Below are positions 1 through 11,735 of a stretch of 64,000 nt of DNA, piece by piece. The position numbers were made by a program, and so were the translations under genes. Origin of the DNA: Rhodosorus marinus CCMP1338 (Eukaryota > Plantae > Rhodophyta); NCBI GenBank assembly GCA_029953675.1, contig JAMWBK010000007.1, positions 1,550,001 through 1,614,000 on the forward strand. The letters run 5' to 3'. The notes beneath the pieces are model-generated. The model did not search any database. It was not told where the DNA came from and saw only the letters and a list, made by a program, of their open reading frames with translations. Each line of letters opens with the position of its first letter. Within the stretch, counting starts at the first letter, position 1.

Positions 1-2
1 TC

Positions 3-173
3 ACATTGGACGATCTGAAGAGGGATGAGAAGCGCAAAGGATGGACGTTCTACAGCGAAGCTTGGAATGGAAGACTGGCTATGTTGGGGCTGATGATCGC
101 TATCGGGACTGAACAAATCAACCCGGCCCATCCAACCATTATTCACCAGCTCGGAGCGCTTGTTGGTCAGTAG
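3..173 (+). CDS. 3' end of an LHC-like (HLIP/OHP-type) chlorophyll-binding-helix protein; partial, starts before the window
   Basis: Frame from nt 3 reads TLDDLKRDEKRKGWTFYSEAWNGRLAMLGLMIAIGTEQINPAHPTIIHQLGALVGQ* (TAG 171-173). ExxNGRLAMLG is the LHC/HLIP motif. Could also be the CAB tail of a ferrochelatase. Confidence 0.8.
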   Translation, partial: TLDDLKRDEKRKGWTFYSEAWNGRLAMLGLMIAIGTEQINPAHPTIIHQLGALVGQ

Positions 174-807
174 ATGGCCACACTGTGACTCGCCGGGACT
201 GTACAACGCTCCAGATTCGTACATGATGTCCAGTTCGTGCATAAGCAGCTAAACGAACAAGAGAACGGATACAGGTGTAGATAAAACATATTTGTGCATT
301 GTCAATAAAATTGAATTTTTAAGAAAAATTGGTTCAAACGTCAAAACTACTGAAACGAAAGCCTATCGTACCAGGAGTCTTTTGCAAGTGACGGATCTAG
401 AATCTCCTGTAGGCAAGGAAAGATCGTCCACGGAACCCACGAGATATGCCGCAAGCCCCCATTGTTTGCTCGCAAAACACGTATGTGAGTCCACCACCCC
501 CTCGTTGAGGAGTCACCCTTCGGACAAAAAAAGGTCAATGACATATGGAAATGGTGTAGACAGCATACATATCATTAATACACTGGAGGGGGAATGCGCG
601 TCTTGACAGCTCTTTAAGAACCTCGCTCTCGCTCCCAATCGTCCTCCACACTAAGCAAGATTTTTCATCATCGACCTTTGAATCGCGTAGTTCTATCTTC
701 GTACTCCTCCAGATCCAATGAAAAAAGCTCGTGTCCTTTTCCGGGCGGGTTGACGTTCAACTGGTCTGAGGATGTATGGGAGAAGGCAGTCAGTTCGACT
801 GACTTCT

Positions 808-1450
808 CCTTCATCCATCTAAGTAACCCAAATAGCGCTCCTCCTACCGGTACCTAGTAAGCTCAATCCCACCAACCATCCACCCAGGTTGCAATTATAA
901 GCAAAGGACAGCTGTCCATCAGGGTTTCTAGATTAGGGGATTTGGTGCTCAGGGTCTTTTGAGGCGACGTGAGGCACGAAGGAGGCTAGCGATACGCTCA
1001 AAAATTTCCTTCAACAGCTAATCTACCCACCTAGCGTTCCTGCTTCCATTGTAAAGTAAGGCCAAATAAGAGTAACCCCAAATAATAGACCCGCTGTTAG
1101 CCGGACGGACTTCGAACAGCAAGACGAGGTTGCATCTCAGGCTAGGGTTTCTGGGCGGGGTTTTTGATGACAGGGTGTTTCTGATTTAAATTGAAAAACA
1201 GCTTGGGCCTAAATTACGCCCAGCTCTCCTTCAACATCTAATCAACCAACCTAGCACTCCCCCTACCAGTGCCGCCGAGTAAGTTCAATCCCAACAACCG
1301 TCCGCCCCCATGTCGCAACTATAAGTCAAGGACAGCTGTCCGCTAGGCTGAGGGGGATTTTTTGCGGTCGGGGTGCTTTTGAGGCAACCTGATACATGAA
1401 GGAGGCTAGTGATCCACTGAAATCTCCTTGAAGCCCTAATCAACACACCT
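808..1450. repeat. Diverged direct duplication of a ~200 bp unit (about 808-1007 and 1228-1425, each followed by a partial further unit start)
   Basis: Colinear shared blocks: ccttca..atctaa, cctacc, agtaag(c/t)tcaatccc, tataag, aaggacagctgtcc, tttgaggc, gaaggaggctag(c/t)gat. Confidence 0.75.
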
Positions 1451-1667
1451 CAAACTCCTCTGACGAGTGCCAAGTAAAGCCAACACGGTCCCACTGCTCG
1501 TCCCGCCATGCGCAAAGCGATAGCCACACGATCTCGAGGAGATGCCATTGTGACAACACTAAGTCGTTTGTGAAGTCTGTTTTTGGGGAGGTTTGAGTTG
1601 GGAGATGGGATGAGACTTCTTTTGCTGAGGAAGAAAACGATCCTGATGGTGTAAATTTCGTTTCAAT

Positions 1668-3211
1668 ATGAGTCAATTTGAAGGCTTTCGTGGCGGTAAT
1701 GCCGGTGTTGGGGTTGAAACGGGAGGATTTGGAATTCGACCGTACAAGATCGCGGTGATCGCTTGGGAGAGTCTTCATGGGGTTGCTGTCGGATCCGTTT
1801 CGGTTCACGTGAGCTACCTGGCTGAGAACCTCGTGCAAAGAGGTCATGAGGTTCACCTCTTCGTCAGAAGGGCGCCGCAGCAGTCTGAATATGAGAACGT
1901 TCATGGAGTTCATTACCATAGAGTTTATTCCACTTACGACAGAGATTTCGTCACGGAGGTTTCGAATCTGGTGAGGCAAAACGAAAAGAGAATAATGGGA
2001 ATTTGGGTTTAGAGAATGTCAAGAGGTCAATTAACATTAGCTTTCGCCCGAAAAATCCGTCCAACAGTGTCACGCCTTCGTCGCTGAAGTTAACAATGCG
2101 GAATCCTTTATGAACGCTGCGTTTGATATCATGCATTGCCATGACTGGATGACGGCACCTGCTTTGAAGATCCTCAAGACGACGATGGATCGCAAATGTA
2201 TTTTCACCATGCACTCAACGAACGGGATCCGATGTGGTAGTAAAAGCTTCGGATCACTCACCAACAAAGTAATCGAGCTGGAACAAGACGGTGTCGGATT
2301 CTGTGATAGGGTCGTTGGCGTCACTGGACCTCTCTGTGATCGAATCAAGGTGGATTATAGCTTCGACTGGGATAAGCTAAGATGTATTCCCTACGCATTC
2401 CCCTTTGGAGAATATGAGAATGACAATCAGAACTTCGATGTTCGGAGAAAGTTCCATTGGGATAGAAACGATTTCCTCATCATGTACTTTGGACTTTTCT
2501 CTCCGAATCGGGTAAGTTTTGAGGGCCACAACGCACAGAACTGTGCTCTCCTTTGTTTTAAGATGGGCTGAAAAGAAAAAGTTTTCGAAAACATCTATCT
2601 ATCGTTCTGTCACAGAACTTGGAGACGCTGCTGGATGCGATGAAACTGGTAGCGAAAGATCACCATCATGCGAAGCTGGTCTTGGTTGGCGAGGGCCTCA
2701 TGGGTGTTGAGTTGCAGAATCTTGCCGATGAAATGGAAATCGGGCACAGAGTTGCGTTTCTAAGAGGCACGCAAAGCTCCGAGCGGAAAGCGCTTTACAG
2801 AAGTGCCGAAGTCGTCATCCAGCCGGTGTCTTCAGAAAATGTCGGTACAGTTTGCCTCGAAGCTTGGGCTTGCCGAAAACCCGTCGTCTCAACAACGTCT
2901 TCAGCCTTGCGGGAATTGATAACACACCAAGAAGACGGGTAACTTTCAACAGAGACTTACCACATCAAGGACCAAAAAACCGGCGTTAACCAGGTTCCCC
3001 TTCTTCCGACGTTTTTCTCAGCCTTCTCGTCGAAGCCGATGCAGAAGGCCTCTCATGGGCCATGAAATACTGCTTGCAAAACCCGGAAAACGCCAGAAAG
3101 ATGGGCAACAACGGATTTGAAAAGCTGTCCTCGCCGCAGTTCTCTTCGCAGAGGATCGCTGAGCTTATGAACAACGTCTACGATGAAGTGCACGGCATAT
3201 ATCCAGCGTAG
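1668..3211 (+). CDS. Family 4 (GT-B) glycosyltransferase, 4 exons
   Basis: Introns at about 1971-2067, 2512-2615 and 2939-3021 join into one frame: KIAVIAWESLHGVAVGSVSVHVSYLAENLVQRGHEVHLF ... FDIMHCHDW ... FTMHST ... ENVGTVCLEAW (EX7E) ... stop TAG 3209-3211. Confidence 0.9.
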
Positions 3212-3575
3212 AACCTGCAAAAGTCAGATGAGCTTGCCAATGTGAGGCCGGAATCTTGGCAAACCTACCCAACGCTACCGCCTATTACCTATCTGTGCTC
3301 TGCTCTGAGAGCATCCCACTTCGCCAGGGGAAGTCAGTCTGTTCATGAGCAAGGTGAGAGCCTCTCCGGTTTCTCCGGTTGGCGTTGGACTAGTTGAGTT
3401 CTCGTTTTGGCTGTGGCCTTTTGTTGTCATCCTCTGAAGCTGCTTTTTAATATCAATAATAAGAACGGAATAAGACATCCCGAAATAAGTAAAATCGTGG
3501 AGGGAACGCGCGGTTTGGTTTGGGCAACAACGTTGGTGTGCAGATGGAGGCGAACCCAAAGGGTTAAGGGTTTGC

Positions 3576-4639
3576 TTAGGTTACAATTGTGCGTGTGCTT
3601 GGTTCACTTTGCGGGGGCTTCGGAGGTCTTATGGGCCCGGCGGCCTTGTTTTGGCATTCCATACAGACGCAGAAATGGCTGCAGGGGACTTTCGCTTGGT
3701 AGCACTCGCAGTATCCTTTGAGGCATCCAGATTTTCTGCATCGACAGCCTCTGATGACGCCCTTTGACCTCGTCACGAGCACGCCGCCGTCCTAGGGTCA
3801 GTCGAGATGCAGAGCACAAGGACAACTCAGTTCCTTTGTTGGTGTTCCTTTTGGGGGTTGACGACGTCGTCTGTCGAGCACTTACCATTTCAATCTTCGG
3901 CGTGAATGCATGTGGGTTTCTGTCGAGCGCGGACTTTCTCGCTCTGTCTATCTCGTCGGCGTGATCGGGGGTGTTTGTACAGTTGAGGCACTTGCATTGT
4001 GGTCCGCAGGTCTTGCCCGCGGCAAAACACTCGCAATAGAGTTTCAGGCACTTGCTTTTTGAGCAGTTACATGGTTTCAGCTCCTTGACTCTCACGCCAG
4101 GCTCTCCCTCCAGGCCCGCCAGCGTGCTGGTGGACTGCGGGAGGGACTTCTCACGCGACCCAGGGAATTTTGGCGCTGGATGTGCCGATCTGATCTTGTT
4201 CCGGGACCCATTTGCCGGCTTTCCAAGCGTCAATTTGGAAGCAAGGAACGACTTGCTGCTGCCGGAGCCCAACGTACTGGATCTAGGCATCGAGGAACTT
4301 CCGTATCGAGTCGACCGAACCTTTAGTTCAGTTGCCTTTGAGTGAAGCGGTCCAGAGAATCCATGAAATCTGCTCTCCTCAGACGAAAGTGTCCCGAATT
4401 CCCAGTGATGAACGATCCTCGGCGTGGAATGCGCTTCCCGCGCTGCAGGACCACAAGACATCCTGTTGATTATGGAGAAAATCCTTAAGCTCTAGCCTCG
4501 CCGAGCGTATTTCAAAAAGCTACACGCTGTGCGAAACCGCTTACCAGTCCTCCAAGATCGCCTGCTCTGACGCATACGAGCCAAATCCTGAGCGCCTACC
4601 TCCAGAGCTTCGCCGTTCTCTCTTAGAATTCTTGTCCAT
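3576..4639 (-). CDS. Tesmin/TSO1-like CRC (CXC) domain protein (LIN54-like DREAM subunit), 3 exons
   Basis: Two CXC domains ([31 protein letters not shown]; [31 protein letters not shown]) separated by the [10 protein letters not shown] hinge. GT-AG introns near 4545-4463 and 3888-3792. Confidence 0.92.
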
Positions 4640-6141
4640 CAGAGAGGTTACTTTCAGGCACCCAGATGTACCTTCATCCACATGATTCAAGCCCCAAGAA
4701 CCTCGAGAATTCTCCCCAAACTCCGCAAGGGCCTCCCCATACAACATCTCGAAATGGATCAGAAGAGCAGCAAAAAAGACCAAACCAAAAAAAAACCAAA
4801 CCAGCGTTGATGTCGAATCTCTCTCTCAGAAGCCCTTCGTTGCTCTTCTAAAAGCTCCTTCCAGTCCTAGTAAAACAGAACCCTCCTCTCATACCTCCCC
4901 ATGCAATTCTCCATCACCATCCTCTTAAAGTAACGTCGAGGAAACCCTAAGACCACTTCTGCGTCGGTACCAGAGAATTTTGCGGATGCATCTGACCTTG
5001 TATTCTTCCTTTTTCCCTGTAATCTCCCAATCAATTATTATCCAATCATACAATCTAACACGCTTTTTGTCAATCATTTTAATGTTCCCGGGCTTTTTAT
5101 CCAATGGAAGTGCTCTATAATGATTGATAGGGTGAAAGTGGCGGCACATAGGATGTAGATGATTGATTCAGTCATTATAGTAGCGGGAGAGGGTTTGGTT
5201 GGCTGATACTCTAGCGGGGAAAGGAGGGCCTGGCGGTTTTGAGGACGGTAAGGTGGAGAGAATTGACAAGTATGGGGGTATTGGTGGTGGGGAGAGAACG
5301 GATAGGAATTGTGGCATCAACGGTCGTAGTAGGTTACGGCTAGTAGAATGCTATGGGTCAGAGCCTCCCTCCCGCTGGCTTCGCGTGAGCGGTTACTCCC
5401 CCCCAAACCAACGTAGTTAGGTTTTTTGGAGGCTTAGAACGATTGCGCGCACAAAGGCACGGGACAATAAAACAGCAGAAGCGTAGGAAGAAAAAAACGC
5501 AAAGCTTCACGTTCTTGTTTGCGTATCCGTTTTTGCCAACCATCACTGTCCACAACTATCCACCAACGTTCCGAATAACCTAGCAACTCGAAAACCTATC
5601 ACTCGAAGTGCGAGGTGCAAGCTGTCAACCAAACCAAAACTACCTCAGAACGAAAACAACTTGGTCCCTTCTGGTCAACATCAGCCCATCGGATCCTTTC
5701 CAGTAGACAACCAAAAGCAGGGGCAACAGCCCCCCCGCCGCTGTCCACGAACGTTTCGTGCGTGCAAGACCCGCTTGAGAACATCGCCCAGGACGACCAA
5801 GTCCTTAACTTTTCAAGGACGAGCGATGTGCGATGTCACAAGCACATTCTATCTTTTCAAATCACCTTTACGCGCTTTTATACACTGTTTCCTTTGGTTC
5901 CCAGTGACATCATTCACTACTGCAACGTTCCCCACCGATGAAAGTCAACGTTGAGATCGTCAGGAAGAACGGAGACGAGTCTGTTGGGTGACTGCTTGTT
6001 GCTTTGTATTGAGGGACATCAGGTGCTTCTCTGTTCCGAGACTCGTTTCTAGATTTTTTCTTTCTCCATACTGAGACTAAAGGTGGACTTGCCTGAGGTT
6101 TTCTCGGGGGGAGCTGTTCGATTGGCAAGGGGAGAACCGGG

Positions 6142-7237
6142 ATGTACCTCAAGACCCGCAGACGCGGAGAGTTCCGGGAGAGGGAGTATCCGGATACGGT
6201 CAAGGCATCGACTGTAGTTCCTCCTGAGCTTCGAGCGATGCTTTACGATATGAAGCGTTCGCCGAAAACTCAGGAGGAGGAGGTCTGGGGTGAATTAGCG
6301 GAGGATCGAATCAACCGAGCGAGCCAGACCAAGGGCATGAGGGATTTGACAGAAGCGCAGGTGGCTATTCGGGAGTTTTCCAGAGAATACTGCAGAAACC
6401 GAGGAATTGAACACCCTACTATGGTAAGTTCTGGTCACTAGTGGAGCTCGAAAGAGATCGGATGGATTCGCTGCTGTTCGATGCCCCCTAGAGTTCCAGC
6501 TGAGAATGGTGAACAGTAGGCCAAGAAGGTCCATCCACTGATTAAAAGCCCTCGCTGCTTTGTTATATGTTTTGGTAGGGACTACTTGAAGAGCTGAGGG
6601 AACTACGGGCTTATAAACGGCTAAACCCTCCCGAGAAGCAGGGGAGGGTGGCGTACAGAAGAGCGAGGTATGGTTCCTGGCGGATATTTCTCTTCAGCGC
6701 GACCGCTGCATTTATAGGGTGAGCGAAGAAGGCAAGTTTTCAATGCCGGTTGCGGTCCTATGGGGCTCAATGATCTGTGTTTCTTCACCGCTACTACTTT
6801 GACTACTCTGCCAGGTGGCGAGCGAGAAATCGAATGTTCCGAGCTGAATCTGAGACTGAGTTTCGTAGAACTGAACTAACTGCGCAGAAATCCGAAACAG
6901 AATCCAAACTGGAGGCACTGAGAACGGGTCTGGCCAGCCCGGAGCTCGCCGCGGATCTGGGCAAGCTGTCGCGGAGTTGCACAAAGGACGGTAGGGAAAG
7001 AATTCTCAAAGTTCGGTTTTTATTGTTCTGGTTTCCTCTAGTCAATTTTCGTTGTTTTCCTCTTTTCACTGAGGATCTTATACATATCTACATCTACCCC
7101 CGCGTCCCCCCTTCTCTGAGCGCTGCTCGCCCACCTCTTTTTTTCGGATAGCAACAGACTCCAAAGGCAGTGTCAATGACGATGCGAAGGCAGATCAAGT
7201 CAGGGAGCTTCTGTCGTCGCTCTTCGCGAAGAGCTAA
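6142..7237 (+). CDS. Hypothetical charged/coiled-coil protein, about 4 exons
   Basis: ORF 6142-6423 ends at a GTAAGT donor. Phase-compatible exons follow (GLLEELRELRAYK..., RWRARNRMFRAESE..., ATDSKG...LFAKS* with TAA 7235-7237). No family recognised. Confidence 0.5.
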
Positions 7238-7555
7238 TTACCCAAATGTTCCCATTCTTGGAGAAGAAGAGTTGAACCGATGAACTGAGGACGAATGGTC
7301 CTGAAAATCTGTGCCGCTGAAACTGTGCAGATGTGCAGCACTGGTGTATAGTATGACGGAGACGTAACCATAAAAGAAACGGAAAGGTCTTCACGCAGCG
7401 ACGAAGCCAGCATGCTTGCTAGACAGCGAAGAAATCAGTCGTCCAAGCATGCAGGGATAAAACCACACAGGGGCACCTCTCTCGGGTTGTGTTCCTTGCC
7501 TCCCCTTTTTCGCCGATGAGTTCATGCCTGTCTAGTGGTTGGACTCGCAGTGCGT

Positions 7556-8005
7556 CTATGAGGTTGGTGTTGCAGGACGTTGCTCGGCTGTTGTTACTTC
7601 ACTCTGTGTCTGTGACGGAATCGAATCCTTTTTCGAGGTTTCCTTGTTTTCGTCCTCAATCCTCACGAACCTTCCCTTGTGCCTCTTTCGTTTGCTGACA
7701 TGGTTCAGCCTCCTCTTGTACCTCTCCCTCGATTCAGCATCGAGATATCTCTCTCTGTACTCTGAGTCAAACAAGTCGTTTCGCCGAAACGGCGAAGGAA
7801 GCTCCTCGCTCAGAGAAAGAGGGGGAAGTCGAACGGGCAGGGTTGGCGTGGTCGGCGACAAATCCAAGCTCCTCGTCACCCGCATCAATCTCTCCCTTTC
7901 GCGTCTCTCCTTTGCGAATTCTTTGAGGTGCCATTCAATGATTGAATGACCAAAGTCAGTAGCCCTCGCGGAACGAAGGGGCTCCTCTTGCCGTGGTAGC
8001 TCCAT
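7556..8005 (-). CDS. Small protein with a CCT-like C-terminal basic motif
   Basis: Single ORF MELPRQEE... containing YKRRLNHVSKRKRHKGRFV, which resembles the second half of the CCT motif (Y..RK..A..RPRxKGRF). The upstream flank is C/A-rich like other minus-strand 5' ends. Confidence 0.5.
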   Translation of the reverse strand: MELPRQEEPLRSARATDFGHSIIEWHLKEFAKERRERERLMRVTRSLDLSPTTPTLPVRLPPLSLSEELPSPFRRNDLFDSEYRERYLDAESRERYKRRLNHVSKRKRHKGRFVRIEDENKETSKKDSIPSQTQSEVTTAEQRPATPTS

Positions 8006-11000
8006 CTTAAGTTGCATCTTACTCAACCATGTCCCGCCCCCCAAAAAACACACCTGTCGGGGATGAACCACAGACGACTCTCAATCCAACCCCGGACCAA
8101 TCTCTCACAAACACAAGACTCAGTCTCCAAGCTCAGCAACGATTTCCACAAAAACTCCAGAATAACACCCCCTTTTCCCACCCAGCATTATAACCCAACA
8201 AACCCTGAAACAAAACTCAGAATTCGTCAACGTAGCGAAACACCCGGACCCAAGTCTCCCCGTTCCATCCTCTTTAACTATATCCTCGACAACGCTTCTA
8301 CCCCAACTCACCCCCCCCCCCGTCTTCCCAGTCCATTCTCCAAAATCTTCACACTTTCGAGCAACCAGGAAAAAACGAAAAAATTAAATCATGTTTTCTC
8401 CAAGTCTTCTTCCCCCCCCCCCTTCCCTTCCGTCCGCGGTCCCTTTTGCTTTTCCCATTTCCCTCATAGAAACTCATGAAACAAAATTTTTGATTTAAAA
8501 GGAGTTAGTATCCCTCCGGATGGGAAAAATATCATATTCATTATACATTGACTACAAAATTTTTATACTAAAACGTTCCTCTTTTTTTTCCTTGCATAAG
8601 CCAAAAAATTGAAGAAAAAACTCATAAGCAGGAAAAAGACAAAAGTAATAAACTATTCGTTTTGTGTCTGTTTTTAGGGACTTTCGGGCATTTATATTGG
8701 AAAAAAAGTTTTTTCGACGGTGACGAAAGTAAATATTATGGAAATAATTAGTCCCTTTTGGGTTCGTACTTGAGAAACGTTACCTGTTTGTCACATTGTT
8801 CTCCACACTCTCTTTTCCTAGGCGTACGCGTCTACTCTGTAGCCGAAGGGCTACAGAACAGACACTCCGGGCTCAGCGAAGCAAGAAAGGAGAGCGAGGG
8901 GGATGTTTAGAGAAAAGAGAGCACACGCCGCAAAAGTCTCAAAGGGTTTCAAAGCAGTTGCTTGTTTTTCCTTTTGTCTCTCGATTGAGTCCTACAAGAA
9001 AGACGTGCAATCGGGCCAAAAAAGGGGGAGTGAGCTGGTTGTCAGCCTCCGGGACCCGACTTAATGAACCGTGCTGTTTCTGCAACTAATAGAAAATATT
9101 AATCAAACAACTCTCCAACTTTGATCCACCTTTTTTGTAAAAAAAAAATTCAAAACTCACCCCACCATTCGTCCGGTACGCTAAAACCTGCAGCCAGGCG
9201 TTATGGAAAATGTTTTCCACTTGCACCTATTCACGATGTTTAAGGGAACTGGAGAAGGATATGCTAAGGAGAAGAGGGGGGGGGGGGTGACTTGGTAGAC
9301 TAGCGTGATTTGGTAGAGGAAGTATTTGTGAACGGGCGTGTCCTCCTTCCAATAAATTCTTTTGCTCAATCCGGGAGCTTGTAACTTGCGTACGCAGTTT
9401 CAATTTCCATTGAAAAGAAAAACCGTCACGAAAAAACATACAAAGAAAGAAAGAGACGGATATATATTCCTTTCCCCCGTAGGAATGGGGCTGCCTTTGG
9501 TCCCTTGGTCCGCCCAACTGTGAGTAAGAATAAGTGTGGGACAATTTTTTCATCAGAAAAGAAGAACGAGGGCGACTGAGCAAAAGTTGGGGGGTTTGAG
9601 ATACGGCCCTAATCGCATATAAGGCCAACCAAAAAAGGATTAGTACACCTACTCTTCAATCAGCGCAAAATCTTACTGAGCAAACGATCTGCCAGGCCAT
9701 CAATACCAATACACAAATCCCAATACAACACCTATCCACCCCGTTCACCGTATGACACAACTCAACCCAACCATGCAACCTCATCCAAGCTCCACAGTTT
9801 TCGGAACACTAAAAAGTTAGTATAGACTCACCCCCCTTCGATCAAACTCCGATTAATGACTGAAAGTAAGCTGAATATGAAATAACAAAATAAAAATGAA
9901 GCATATCAATCATTTTATAGCTTTTGATTGAAAATTTAGTTGCAATGTGACTGCTCCTCGTTGTATAAAAGGAGGGGGGGGGGGGACCAAAGACACTCAT
10001 GACTACGTTCCAGGACGAGCGCAAAACGATAACGGGGGAGAGAAGGGGAGGGGGGGTGGAGGAGAGCGAGAAACGTTGGATGTAGGACGCGCCATTTCAG
10101 CTATTGATTCAATTTTCAATAAAGGGCAAAAAACACAAATTCTTTTATTTTCTTTTTTAAGAGATGATTTAGGGTGGGGATAAATATCCGCTAAAAACCA
10201 AAAAAATAAAGTTCTAAGAAATCTCATTTTTTGGAAACCAATTTTTTAAAGGTTTTCTTTGTTCGATATTGTCTTGAAGAAGTTTTTTTCCAAGTCACTT
10301 ATTGGCTTCAGCTTTTCTTTTGAATCCACGATTTTTAATTGATATTTCCTATTTCCACGCTCAACTAAAAATAAACAAAAACAAGAAGCGTGGACGACGG
10401 ACAGTGAACGACACTATTTTCCCCTTTTTTTAATGATTATCTAGAACGCGTTCGTTGGAAGATTGATCTCCTGTTGAGTTTTGCTGAGTTGGTGAGGACT
10501 TATCGGAAACGAGAGGAGGGGAAAGGGGGAGGGGGGGGGAGGATCTAGTGAGGGTGAGGAGGGTGGACGAGGATTTTTTTTTTTTTGGGGGGCGGAAGGC
10601 TGAGGGAGGGAAGGAGTTGAAATGTGTAATGAATCAGTAAATTATGGTTTTTTTGAGATAAGGATAGATACAGATTTCGAAACTAGCCTTCACACAAGGT
10701 TGCACGAGTCCAGTTCAGATTTAGAAAAGAGGGGGTAGGTGCAGCTTAGTTGTTCTGTACTTTGGAAAGCATGAAGGATGGAGGTATGGGGGGGGCAGGG
10801 GGGGGGGCGATAGATGTGGACTTGGTAGGGAGAGGAGAGGGAGAAGACGGGTCAGGGGCGCAGGGCGGAGGATGAGGAAGGAGGGCTAAGTGTTTTTTGT
10901 GTCGTGGAGATGGGGATGGGGTTGGAAGATATTTCTTTTTTGAAAGAAGGCTCTTTGAGGTGTACTCGTTTTCTCGCTAGTTGTTGTTGTTTATTAAACA

Positions 11001-11735
11001 TTTTATGTCGGAAATTGAAGCGTGCTGCTATGTCAGTCAGTGCAGACACCGTTCCTTTTTGAAGGGAAATACCCGATTGTGACTGGATGGGTTCTTCATT
11101 TCTAATTCAAAAGGCAGGATATGCAAGTTTTTTAAACGTTTCTTTGAGGACCATGCCCTTTTTCCCCCATTTCCTGCTGAGATGCTTTTCTGGTCTCCCG
11201 TTGCCCGGTGAGTTGAGTGTGCTGTAATAGGATGGGTCCTAGTAGGTGTCCGGATTAGAGATGAATTCGCCACAATTTAGGGTGGACGGGTTGGGAGGGG
11301 AGAGGGGGGTTGGGTTGGGGGTAGTCATTGGGCTGTCTATCGGTTGGAAATTTGTCACCGAGTAGGCGTTTTCGGTGGAGTTCATAGCTCATTGAGTTCA
11401 GCAGTAGGACTTGATTTTGTGCCCGTGCGGCACCACAACAAGCTGGTCTTTTGGGTCTATTTGTTTTCGCTTTTTAAGGGCTTGTCGTCTATCTGAATTC
11501 CCCCTAGATTGATCCGAAAAGAAGATAGGCACTGTCGTCCTTTTTGAACGCAAAAGGAATACGAGGTTTTGGAAAGCTTGACGCGTGGTCTAGAGGACGT
11601 TGGGAAAAGCACGGTAAAAACCGTGGTCAATTTTGGGGATTTTGAGAGAAAACGGAAACCGCCCTCCTAGTTCTTAAGCTCTTGAGACCGAGCTTCCGAC
11701 GATCCGTTTACTGTAATGCTTTTGGCAGGGGGGGC

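Noticed and set aside
8012-8479. Long Pro/Thr/Ser-rich or Gly/Trp-rich ORFs over C/A- or G/T-rich tracts (also 14282-14644, 18685-19113, 31964-32588, 42236-42723)
   Set aside because: They are by-products of strand-skewed 5' leader composition, which lacks stop codons; no coding evidence.
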